A stretch of 63,069 bases of DNA, filler included, from Reticulomyxa filosa (taxonomy: Eukaryota > Protista > Foraminifera): NCBI GenBank assembly GCA_000512085.1. It is 21 parts of 21 records of this genome, joined end to end, with 100 filler letters (N's around TTAATTAATTAA, not from the genome) between each part and the next. Parts side by side here need not be neighbours in the genome. Positions count along the whole stretch, not along the records: positions 51,920 to 53,059 come from ASPP01001132.1; positions 53,160 to 54,599 come from ASPP01006370.1; positions 54,700 to 57,494 come from ASPP01020432.1; positions 57,595 to 58,647 come from ASPP01044009.1; positions 58,748 to 63,069 come from ASPP01024999.1; 16 more parts are not named here. The stretch is one strand, 5' to 3'. Positions 52,162-63,069 of the stretch are shown in pieces. Positions within the stretch are counted from its first letter, which is position 1. Each line of letters opens with the position of its first letter. The notes below the pieces were generated by a model. That model ran no database searches and was not told the origin of the DNA. It saw only the letters and a list, made by a program, of their open reading frames with translations. Both the position numbers and the translations under genes were made by a program.

Positions 52162-54699
52162 ATTCTCATTAAAAACAATCTACCAAAAAATTTTAAAGAC
52201 AAAGCAAACAGTAGTCAAAAACAATAATACATTCACAATGTACAAACATTAAATTCTGCAAAAAAATTTTTTTGTTAACAAAAAATTGCGTTTTCTCAAA
52301 AACTACGCAACGTAGAATACTAATTTTTTTTTTCAAATATCTAACGCTGAACTTTCTGAAAATGCTTAAAAAAAAGTTGGCAAGTTTCATGGTTAGGCAC
52401 AATTGTCAACTTTTTCTTGAAAATTTTCAAAAATCAATAAAATATTCAGATTTTTAAAAGATATAATAAAAAACCAAAATGATATTTAAAAAATACACTA
52501 TTTATAGATGATGCACATCGACATCCGAAGAAATTTTTACGTGACATAGTCAATGCACATTTGAAAAGATTGTTCTGCACAGATTGGAAGTGCATGAAAG
52601 GAAAATCGTGTGTTGAATTATCACAGGCAAAGTGGGATTACATGGATACCTGTTCAATTTTGAAAGATCATACTGCAGGTGGTCAAAGTATTGCTGCCGC
52701 ATTTTAACTTCAAGACATCGAAGTTTAGTTTTTTTTTAGATGGGTTGCAGCGGGGGCGTGTCAAGTGTTGGACTGCTCTCGCTTCATCCTAAACTTGCAC
52801 TGCTTTTTGCACTCTCTACATGCACAAACTCAAGTCTTTCTAATTAAAAGAGCACTTCGTTCTAAGAAATAGAACACAGTACTCAAAAAAGAAACACAAA
52901 CATAAAAGAAAGACACATAAAATCTTACAACGACCAAAAGGTCCATGCAAAATAATCAAAAGAAAAACAATACAGTTATTTCAATTTAAATTTAAATTTA
53001 CTTGAGAAAACTTGCCAATTATTCAAATCCTTCTCTTGGTATTGACTACGAACTTGGCTNNNNNNNNNNNNNNNNNNNNNNNNNNNNNNNNNNNNNNNNN
53101 NNNTTAATTAATTAANNNNNNNNNNNNNNNNNNNNNNNNNNNNNNNNNNNNNNNNNNNNATATCATGTTTTTTTTGCAAACTAATGAAGGCGAAATTGCA
53201 AAATAAAGAAACGTGTTTTTCTCAAATTCTAAAAGAGATATGATCACAATTTTTTAAAAAATTATATCTATGTGATGTCAAGTTTCTGAAAAGCATAATA
53301 AAAAGATTAAAAATTTTCATAATAAGCCAGTATCATATTTAAAAAAATAAAAATTAGGATTAATTGTTTTTTTCATTGAGAAAGTTTATCATCTTCACAA
53401 AATAGTATTTTAGGTGTGTGAAAAAAACATTTAAATTTTGGAGCAATAACAATGAAGTGAATAAATCAAAGAGATTAAACAATTATAATTATCAAATTCT
53501 TTTCATGAAAAATTACAAACATCCAATTGTATTGAAAGGGATTATTCTGGGATGCATTTGTTATATAGGCGTATTTGATTAAAAATGATGATATTCAAAA
53601 ATGTTTTAAATAGTTCAAAGAGCATTACAACAATATAAATGAATGATAATTTAGATTGGACAATACAATCATATAAAACGGCCAAGAAACAATAAACTAA
53701 TCTTTCTATACTGTGTACATAATGAACTAATGAAATACTAACGGAATTTATTAACTGCATTTCCATGAAAAGCAAAATCATTACATACGTTTCAATAATT
53801 TTTTTTAATGCAAAAAAAAAAAGACGAATATCTCTACAGCATTGTTTGTTTGTGTTACGTTTAGCAATTATATTTTCTATATGTATACTCTTGAATGCGC
53901 TTGTTCAAGTTTGTTTTTCTTGTAATGGTTAAAAAATTGTACTTTTGACAACAGACAACATGAATAAAACCGAATTAGCAAACTACATTTCTTTAGTTTC
54001 GTAATTGTACATTAGATAGCTAAAAGAATATATTAAAAAATAATTATTTATATACTTCTTTTATATCCCTTTGCAAAGACCTATTTAGATAGAAATTTCT
54101 GTTTATAGTTAAATTTCAATGTTCCAGACGCTTCTTTCTACACTTTTTTCAAATGCAATTGTATGATACAATCAATATTGTAACCTTCTCATAAAAAATC
54201 ATAATTTTTATTTTCATAGCCAAATCATATACTTTTTTTTTAAAAGGATAATTCCCCAACATTAACAACATGAGCAACCGCTTTCAAACTTTGAAGGAGT
54301 TGTTCACTCCACTTAAGCAAGCTTAATGTGTGCTATACAAACACGAACTCCTCATTTGTGGGGTAAATTTAAAAGAGAATCGTGTAGTTTTTAAATATCA
54401 TTTTGATTTTTTTATTAAGTCTTTACAATTTTTTCAAAAATTTAATCTTTCATTTGTTTGGTAAAATTTCTTTAAAAAAGTTGACAATCGTATTTTTCTC
54501 GTAGTCATGAAATTTGACAATCTTTTTTAAACAATTTTTTAGATTTACCTTTTTTTTTTTAGGTGTTCGATATTGATTTTTGTCATTTTGATTATTTTGN
54601 NNNNNNNNNNNNNNNNNNNNNNNNNNNNNNNNNNNNNNNNNNNTTAATTAATTAANNNNNNNNNNNNNNNNNNNNNNNNNNNNNNNNNNNNNNNNNNNN

Positions 54700-54729
<30 letters not shown>

Positions 54730-54731
<2 letters not shown>

Positions 54732-55577
54732 AGTTGGGCTGACATGCATACAGGCAATAAAGTTCTCCAAATGGAATCACTAAACATGGCATTCATGATC
54801 TCTTTACCGGAGCGACAAATGGTCGCGAGCACGATGTGCGATCTCCTCATCCAGCGCACTCGTCCATAAGGGGCGCATTTCAAGAGCCAGCCATCATCCT
54901 CGTAGCACACATAGAAACCATAATCGAACATTTGGATCAGAGATGGGTGGGCTCGCTTGTGGTTCGCCAAGTCGTAAATAGTCTCTTCTAGTCTTGGCAG
55001 GTCGATCGTTTCGCTGTGTACGTCCTTGCGATAGCTGAACTGTGCTATCAGTTGGTTTTCTTCACGAATCGCCACGTGCAACTCCTTTTGGTGAGGAACG
55101 CCTACTATCGACCCTGCTTGTAATAATAGTATTGCTGGTCGATCCCACCTCCTTCACATCATTCATACACCACAAACCAAAAAAAAAAAAAATCGTACAA
55201 CTTCATATACATTACATTTATAAAGATTCCTCTCAAACTTAAAAAAAAAAAAAAAGGTTTCCACTTTTTTGAACCAATCCTTGCCCCCTTCCCTCCTCCC
55301 TCTTCCTGTCTTCCCAACCTGTTTGTACAGCTGACGGGCTCCTCCCAACAACCAATGTTTGGTATACAGCAAAACCCTCTTGATCACAGCGGATGCGAAT
55401 TTGTGTGTTCCTTACGTCCTTAAATTGTCCCCACGTCAGAGGGACGTCGTCATGATCATAACGTGCTACTTTTCCGGTGTAGTCTCCTTTCAATACTAGA
55501 TACTCTTGGCCTTTTTTCAAATCCTTTTTTGCCACAGGGGGGGTGTTTGGGTCTGTTTCAAATATATCCCTGTTCAT
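54730..55577 (-). CDS. Hypothetical protein, partial, multi-exon
   Basis: Two higher-GC protein-like exons (MNRDIFETDP...YQTLV and LQAGSIVGVPHQKELHV...WRTLLP) are separated by a T/A-tract intron. Confidence 0.55.
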
Positions 55578-57015
55578 TCCGCAAACAAGTCACCCAAAAC
55601 GTCCTTCTTAGTTTAAAACAAAGTTTGTGTTTCATTGCAAATGCAAAGATTTATTTACCACTCATAAGTCAGGATTTTGCCATATGTGTGGATAATAGTA
55701 TGCGATTGCCGTCTATTAGTCATTATGAATCCTGGATTTTCACTATTTTTACCTTTTCTACAAGGACCCGTTTCCGTCGCAAAATTATTTTTAAAGTATT
55801 ATTCACACAAAAGATATATATAAATCAAATATTATAAATCAAACATTAAATTTACCAACAATTGCTAAGCATTCACAAATAATAGCAAAATCGAAATGCA
55901 GCCTAAAAAAAAAGGAAACAACTTCAATTAAAATAATAATAAGCGAAAGCGTGAAATTTGTATAATTTGTATGCCTGCACGTATATGTACGTTAAAGATA
56001 TGAATTCGTCGGGTGCGTGAATATTATTTAAAAAAGAATTTTGAAAAAATAAGCATTTGTAAGTTTACATTAAAAATAAATATAAGTGTTTATTTTAGTG
56101 ATTTTTTGGCAAATTTTTTGATTGTTTAAATTTGGTCAAGTAGTTTGAAAAAGTAATCTAATTTTTTATGTATTTAGTTTGTTCAATACTTTTTTATCTT
56201 TGATACTGTTCGAAAATGACCAAACCAAGGTTTAGGATGTAGTGTCAATTAAAAGTCAATATTCGGGGATGCAGATAATGATTTGTTTGTTTCAATTCAA
56301 AGATGCATTGTATGCACTCAAGATAGATCATGAAATTAATTATGAAATTTATAAAAAAATAATTGCAATTTATTGTTTAAATGATAAATACAATTTGTTA
56401 TTCCAATAAGATAATGAAATACGCAATAATAATCAAAAATAATGAATTTGTTTGAAAAAAATAAAATAAAATTAATACAATTTCTACTAAATTCTAATAC
56501 AGAACTTTATCGAAAACTTTATAGGTAATAAAAATGAAATGATGTAAATGCAAAAAAATAAATATAAAACAAGACATATCGAAAAAATTTAAAAATTGAG
56601 ACTGAGTTATGTCATGCGCTAGCAGGGTTATGTTTTTCGTAGAAAAAAAAATATATCACTTCATAAGATCGCATTTTAGTATGTCAGTTTTTTCTACAAT
56701 CTACTGTGTTTTTAAATATGATTGCTTTTTTTTATTTATGTGTTCATTTGTGTAATTCAATAACTTTATCGATCAATACAAAAGCTATAGTGAAAACAAC
56801 AGTCGCTGTACGAGGGGTCTTTTATTAGTACTATAAAATATATAATAAGATTGGTCAGTGTATAAACCTCCCAAGAGATATTTACAATGCTCTTTCAACA
56901 ATTATTTATCTTGTTGTTATTAAGTTTCGACAAGCATATTTTATTTCGCTTTCTTTCTTGAAAAATACACAACAAAGCAAAAATTAAAAAAACTAAACAA
57001 AAAAAAAACGTTCCA

Positions 57016-57494
57016 TTGCAAACTGAAGTGAGGTCAACATGGGGAATTGGCTCAAATTTGATGGTGAAATCATGCGTATACATTCGGACAATAAAAAGCT
57101 TACAAAACAGCGGATATAGCAACGTGTTTGTGAAGCTGTGGAGAGACGACGACACAAGTACAGCGCAGACGACAATATCACGACCATATAGCTCCACGAG
57201 CATTGACTTTACATCCGGGAGTGCAGTTTGTTGGACGTTCCAAACGGGGAGTATTCAAACCCTAACATGGCGCCCACTTTATGCAATTCAAGTGACAATG
57301 GCAATAAACGGGGTGGAAAGCCAGGGATCATTAATCATTAAATTTCCATACAATGCGACGTCCGTCTTCCAGGCCTATCAAGACAAGCAGCTATCAAGAG
57401 TGACTGGCACTATCACTTTTGACATTTACCATATGTTCAGTTACGACATGCTTTTTTTTTTTTTTTTTTTTGAGGTGTTATTTTTTTTTTTTTT
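57016..57494 (+). CDS. Beta-rich hypothetical protein, possibly C2-like; partial
   Basis: CVYIRTIKSL...NVFVKLW...AQTTI...SIDF has the spacing of C2 strands 1-4. Weak resemblance only. Confidence 0.4.
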
Positions 57495-57702
57495 NNNNNN
57501 NNNNNNNNNNNNNNNNNNNNNNNNNNNNNNNNNNNNNNTTAATTAATTAANNNNNNNNNNNNNNNNNNNNNNNNNNNNNNNNNNNNNNNNNNNNAAAAAA
57601 AAATCAAATTGATAGCAGTTTTTTTAAGTTCGTGTTGCAGCGGTATGTATATGTATATTAATGATAAAATAAAAAAAATTATAAAAAAAAAAAAAAAAAA
57701 TT

Positions 57703-58647
57703 CTATATTAACATATTTCTTCCCCACACATTTTGAGGCAGATTTTTCAATTTGATTCCTTTCAAATGATTCAGACCGGTATCATTGTAAAATGTGACTC
57801 CGGCCATTCGTTGACGCTTTCCACTTTTGTCCGGAATGGGCTGCTTGCTCTTGCTCTCTTTTGTCGTCTTCGCTTTGCTTGTCTTTTGCGTCGGCTCGAT
57901 TGACATGTTGTCGTCTTGTGCTTTCTTGCCTTTGCTTGTGCTCTCCAATCCATCTCGTCTCACTACTTTTTCCTTTTCTTTTTCTTTTTTTGTTTCATGT
58001 TGGTTGTTGGCGGACACTTCATTGTCAGTGATTGAAATCACATTAAGCATGGCACCTTTGGAACTCGCATGCTTGCTTTCTTTCGCTATTATTCTCCATT
58101 GCCGCTTTTCTGCACTTTGCTTTGGTTCATTTGTTCCCTTCTTTTCTCTTTCGTCGTTGCCATCATCTTCATCATTGTCATTATTATCATTATTATCATT
58201 ATTATCATCACCGCCATCAACAGCGACGGCCTCTTCTGCTCCTGCATTCACATCCCCTTCCCTTTTGTCTTTGGACATCACATCAGTGGCTTGACTCGCC
58301 TGCTGTGGTCCATCTCCTCTTGTCATCGCCACAGAATTGTTATTTTCCATTGCTTTCTTTTCTTTGTTTTATTTTATTTTTTATTATTATTATTATTTTT
58401 TTTTATTTTATGTTTCAAAGTTCATTCATATGGACATATACGTATACATATATTTATGTATATAAATAATATGCCGCGAATGACCTTGATCAAGAGCTTG
58501 TTTCTTCTCAAGTTTCTTTTGTTGGTGCTTTTGCCGGTCTTTCTTTTTCTTTTCGTACCGTTGTTGTCGCAGCGCTTTCTTTTGTTCTTTGCGAACTATT
58601 ATCGGATGCTTTGACAACGCTTTTTTCAAATTGAATTTTTCCTCTTC
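57703..58647 (-). CDS. Charged low-complexity hypothetical protein, internal fragment
   Basis: A K/Q-rich exon at ~58470-58647 and a 215-aa D/E/K/N-rich ORF at 57703-58350. Confidence 0.55.
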
Positions 58648-58747
58648 NNNNNNNNNNNNNNNNNNNNNNNNNNNNNNNNNNNNNNNNNNNNTTAATTAAT
58701 TAANNNNNNNNNNNNNNNNNNNNNNNNNNNNNNNNNNNNNNNNNNNN

Positions 58748-60692
58748 GGAAAGTTACGACGTTATTGCGCTCGCTCCTCGAGCGAAGAGGACTTATCTTT
58801 TGACTGGACATTATTCATGAACCTGCAAGAAGTTATGTACAATTTGCGTATACGTATTTTTGAGTTGTTTTTTTTTTTTATATGTGCTGTTGTAATTATA
58901 TGTGTACGTGGTGAGATTTAAATAGAGCATTTAAAAAAAAAAAAAAAAACTAAAAGCTAAAATTGTAGATGGACACACAATCAGTGGGTGCAACATCCGA
59001 CGAACTAAACACATTGCCAACAGAAAAATATGACAAGAAGCACCGTCGCAGTGGGTATTGCTACAAGTACAAGTCATGTTGTATTTGTTTGGAAGATTAC
59101 ACCATTGGCGAGTCGATCCGTCAGTTGAAGTGCCACCACGTGTTTCACCAAAAATGCGTGGACCAATGGCTGAAAAAAAGGAAGTATTGTCCGCTGTGCA
59201 AGCAGAAGATCGACATTGCGCAAAATGTCCATCAGCTCAAACGAATACAAGGGACACTTGCATCTGCCAACGAAACGGAAAGCCATTGTTCGTCGACCTC
59301 AGATGGAGACAAGTCCTCGGCGACATCAGAACCTCGCAATTGTAACAACAACAACAATAATAATAATAATAATAATAACAGTGGCCAAAAAAAGCCTCAC
59401 GCTATTGCAATTGGAGGAATGTCGAATACGAATACAAACACAACAAATATGGAAGATGTAATGACCGAAATTCTTGAACATTGCACGATCACAACAATGA
59501 CCGCCACAAATGTAAATATAAATGCAAATGCAAATACAAATGCAAATGCAAATGCAAATGCAAATGATACAAGCAATACTGGTTTTTGCGTCGGCTCCAA
59601 AAGCAAAGAAAGCGAGTTTGGAACGCGGTATCGAAAGTCGTTGACTGACAACAACACTTGCAAACAGACGCCTGATCTGTCGCCCGACTCCAACGCATTG
59701 GCGGCAGATCAAAAAATTCATAGCAAGCCTAATCCATTGCGACAGTGGATGCAACAGCTACCATCTTTCAAAAAAAAGTGCAAGAAATATCATCACGACG
59801 CCGCACTAGACAGTGAACCCACTCTCTCCGAAAAGAAAAAACACCGCTTTGTCGGCTCTACTGCTGAAGATACACTCGAGGATGACGGTCATGACCGCAA
59901 CGATGATGCAAAGAAGAAACCAAGGGACAAAAATAAGATTCATCCTCATTCTGAAAATGAAAGTTTGCAACTGAGTAATTCCAATAACAATGTTACTAAT
60001 AATCCTTTTTATTCTGACCACCGGAAAACTTCATCTTCCTTTATGAGACGCAGACTCTCCAATCCCATTGCCAATTGCCATCGCAATCGTACTCCCGCTG
60101 CAACCACCACCTCTATCACACAACGACATAGCTTTTCGCCTCCTCCTCCTCGGCAACGCCAAGTCACCGCTCAAATGAATAATGCTACTCATCCACGCAC
60201 AAGCGAAGATGGCATTTCGCATAATGTTTAGCCATTTTAAAAAAAAAAAAAAAAAAATTTCGCTTCGGCTTGGATGTTGTTGCATTCTATAGCTTTTTGT
60301 GAGTTAAATGCAAAATATCATCCCCCCCCCTTCTCCCACACCCCCTCCCCCCCTCCTTTCCTTTTCACAAACAAATAAATAAATAAACATAGAAATCTGA
60401 TAAAAAGGCGACTGCAAAGTACACCAACTTCTATGACGCCACGAGGTCGTCTTGTCCAGATATGCGAGGCCTGTTTTCTTCTTTTTCCTCACAAGAGGAA
60501 TTTGACCCTTCTCCTTTTCGGCCGAGACACAATAGTTCCAATGCCGACTATTCCGTCGACATGTCCCCATCTCGTTCTCCATCTTCCTCTTTTGTTGCCA
60601 CAGAGAATGATGCTGTTGCAACTTTTAGGCAAAGTGCCACTATATATTCTTCTCCAATGTCCGAAAACGCCCTCCATGCACCAATTCAGTAA
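58748..60692 (+). CDS. RING-H2 E3 ubiquitin ligase with long disordered tail; 5' partial
   Basis: CCICLEDY...[16 protein letters not shown]...CPLC (C3H2C3). Exons ~58748-58831, 58969-60225 and ~60393-60692. Confidence 0.88.
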
Positions 60693-61508
60693 TTATTTTT
60701 TTATTGTATCATGAGCGGTAATTGTTATTTATTGTTGTGTGCTCCTGTGGTGTGTCTTATTTTTCTCTCTGTTTGTGGTGTATGAAAGGTGTGTCTGTTG
60801 GCTTGTGTGTTTTGTTTTCGTCTTTTCTTCTTCTCTCTCTCTCTCTCTCTTTTCTGTTCCCTCCTTCCCTTTTCTCGTTGGTGCGATTTAATTAGATTGC
60901 CATTGGCACGTTTTAGTTTAAAATTGTGGTGTTTTTTTTTTTTTTTTGTTTATTTTACACCCAAAACGAAGAACCAGTTTCTCAATTGTGAGTGTTGATT
61001 GCTTTCAACCTTTAAAGTTCGCTTCGGTGACAAGAATTTTTTATTCCCTCGACATACACACAAAAAACAGAGCTTATCTTGAATGTTTTGACTGATGGAA
61101 AACTTTAAAAAATGATGAACTACATTTTCGTTGTTTCTCTTTATTAAGTTTTTATAAATGGAACATGAAAAGCAAACAAACGAATACTGAAAAATAATGT
61201 GATTCTTTTCATTGGCAATCATAGTTTTAATTGGTTTGATAACACATCAACCATATGGTAAAAATATGTTGACTATGAAACGGACAATCATCTGGAAATA
61301 GAGGGGGAAAATATAAAGCAGGCTATTTTTTGCACGAAGGAGCGTGCTTTTCAAAAACAAAAAATGAGACAATTTTGCTAAATAAGAAATAAAAAAAATA
61401 GAAAAACTGACAAACAAAAACAAAAAAGTCAAGTCAAAACATTGCAATCAAACAAAATAAGATTGGAATATTAAAAAAAAATTAAAATAAATAAATAAAA
61501 AGACAAAA

Positions 61509-62500
61509 TTAAGCGTCTTTTTCGAGACTGAGTTGAAATTTTTTCAAAAGAACAGGAAGTAATGCAGCAAATGCTAATCCCAACAACACCAGCACCTGGT
61601 GAGTGGACAAGACAAAGGTTTTTTGGTGGAAAGAGTCTCGTGAAATTTGCTGAATCGTTTGCCCCATATTAACATAAATAAAATTGGCAGGAATCAAGCC
61701 AATAAATGTTGCATACAAAAAAGTGCGATAGTCAATTTGGAAAATTGGACAAATCAAATTAATAAACCAATTTGGAAGTAATGGGGTGAGCCTCAAAAAT
61801 AACAGATAATAAAAAATATCTTTGGAATTTTTTTTTTTTTTAGGTTTATATTTTGTTGGAATGTTTTTACGTGGGTTGGAAATAAATAATTGATCACATC
61901 ATGCCCACAAAAATATGACAAGCCATAACAAGCCGATGCGCCCAATGTACTGCAAAATGTTACCAATGTCAATCCCAACCAAGTGTCAAACAACGCGCCA
62001 CTCAAAATGCTTAGGAACAATGTCCCGGGAATTGCAAATGTTTGCAATACAATATATACACTACAGAATGCCATGCATAAGTGACCAAAATGAGACGATT
62101 GATATTTGTACAACAAGGTTGCTACTTCTTCCACATCGTTCAAATTTCGTGGGATTTTTATACTTCCTTTTTCTTCTCTTTTTTTTAAAAAAATGCAGAA
62201 GGAAAAGTTTGTCCCGGTTTTTTTTAGTCTCCCTCTTGGTAACACTTAACATTGGCAGAAAAGACCAAATGAACATTAATAGGCTAGAAAGAAAGGTAAA
62301 TACCACAAAAATGCAAAAACACGAGGCATTTATTTTGTTCATTAATAATTCTGGAGAATTTTTTAAATATTTCTTGTTGGACTTGTTTCACCTTTTCTTT
62401 TTAGCACAAAAAAATCAAAATGATAAATTAATTTCGAAATACTTTTTTGTCAAATTTTTTTAAATACGGTCGATAAATCTCTTTGTGTATCAACAATCAT
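61509..62500 (-). CDS. TMEM41/VTT (DedA, SNARE-associated) membrane protein
   Basis: IKIPRNLNDV...YIVLQTFAIPG..LSILSGALF and LRLTPLLPNWFINL...ATFIGLIP. Frameshift in the poly-A run at ~61830. The start at 62500 is tentative. Confidence 0.88.
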
Positions 62501-62716
62501 GATGACAAATAAATAAGCTCCAAAAGGTTTTGATTTTTGAAATACAAAAATGCCTCGTTTTTGAAGGCTTCAGTGCTTACAAAATGATGATTTATTAAGT
62601 ATAGAGCACTATCTTTCTTATCTTAGGAGCATCAAACATGAGTGTATTTTTTGTGGAACAATATGAAGTGAAAGGGAAAAAAGAAAGAGTGAAAAAAAAC
62701 CTCGAAGGGCTTGGGC

Positions 62717-63028
62717 ATGCGCACAACAAGCGACTCGAAATCTGAAAATAATCCGAGAAAAGGCTATTTGGAGGTAGAGCAAAACCATTTGCTCCACGAA
62801 GATGATGATGATAATGATGATTCAGAGTCAGAAATAAATCCTTTTGTAAAACAAGGGAACAAGCCAAAAGCTTGGAATGAGGACATTCCGCAGTATTTGT
62901 GCATTTACACGGTTTTGATTTTGGGTGGTTGCATCTTATTTGCGGTGGTTGTGGGAGTGTTGTTGGGTTTTTTGTTGGGCATGAGTTTTGTCAATAAAAA
63001 TAAGACAAGAAAAAACAAGAAATTTTAA
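62717..63028 (+). CDS. Acidic N-terminus plus single transmembrane helix; probably 3' partial
   Basis: EDDDDNDDSESE followed by hydrophobic YLCIYTVLILGGCILFAVVVGVLLGFLLG. Confidence 0.55.
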   Translation: MRTTSDSKSENNPRKGYLEVEQNHLLHEDDDDNDDSESEINPFVKQGNKPKAWNEDIPQYLCIYTVLILGGCILFAVVVGVLLGFLLGMSFVNKNKTRKNKKF

Positions 63029-63069
63029 AAAAATTTTACCCCTTCAAAAAAAAAAAAAAAAAAAAGGGG

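Noticed and set aside
50222-54599. Short ORFs in very AT-rich contigs
   Set aside because: F/L/K/I-biased translations typical of non-coding DNA. Only the Tc1 remnant is supported.
7063-58747. Regularly recurring TTAATTAATTAA palindromes as a CRISPR-like or biological repeat
   Set aside because: Always centred in exactly 44+44 Ns, so it is an assembly linker. ORFs ending in X-runs plus LIN or N are artefacts of it.

Overview
This is AT-rich, intron-containing eukaryotic (protist) DNA, not a bacterial locus. It is 21 contigs joined by 20 artificial N44-TTAATTAATTAA-N44 spacers, so adjacency across spacers is unreliable. The expanded WD40 and Kelch-like families and the intron style resemble the foraminiferan Reticulomyxa filosa; this is my recollection, not a database result. 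Recognisable genes: a 9-exon ankyrin-repeat protein with a central RelA/SpoT-like nucleotidyltransferase domain (most interesting), a METTL13/EEF1AKMT4-like methyltransferase, a tRNA-splicing endonuclease catalytic subunit, a RAD5/16-type SNF2-RING helicase, a complete DRP1-like dynamin, an FKBP, a CCR4/PDE12-type EEP fragment, a CARMIL-like LRR fragment, an Rh-type ammonium/CO2 channel, a CAP-Gly protein with a possible TOG/CLASP-like domain, a RING-H2 ligase and a TMEM41 protein. There are also several WD40/Kelch genes and pseudogenes, two Tc1/mariner remnants and a foldback element. Many introns have a 5' U-rich/3' A-rich layout with no polypyrimidine tract. Exon boundaries were inferred by eye from GT-AG sites and frame continuity.
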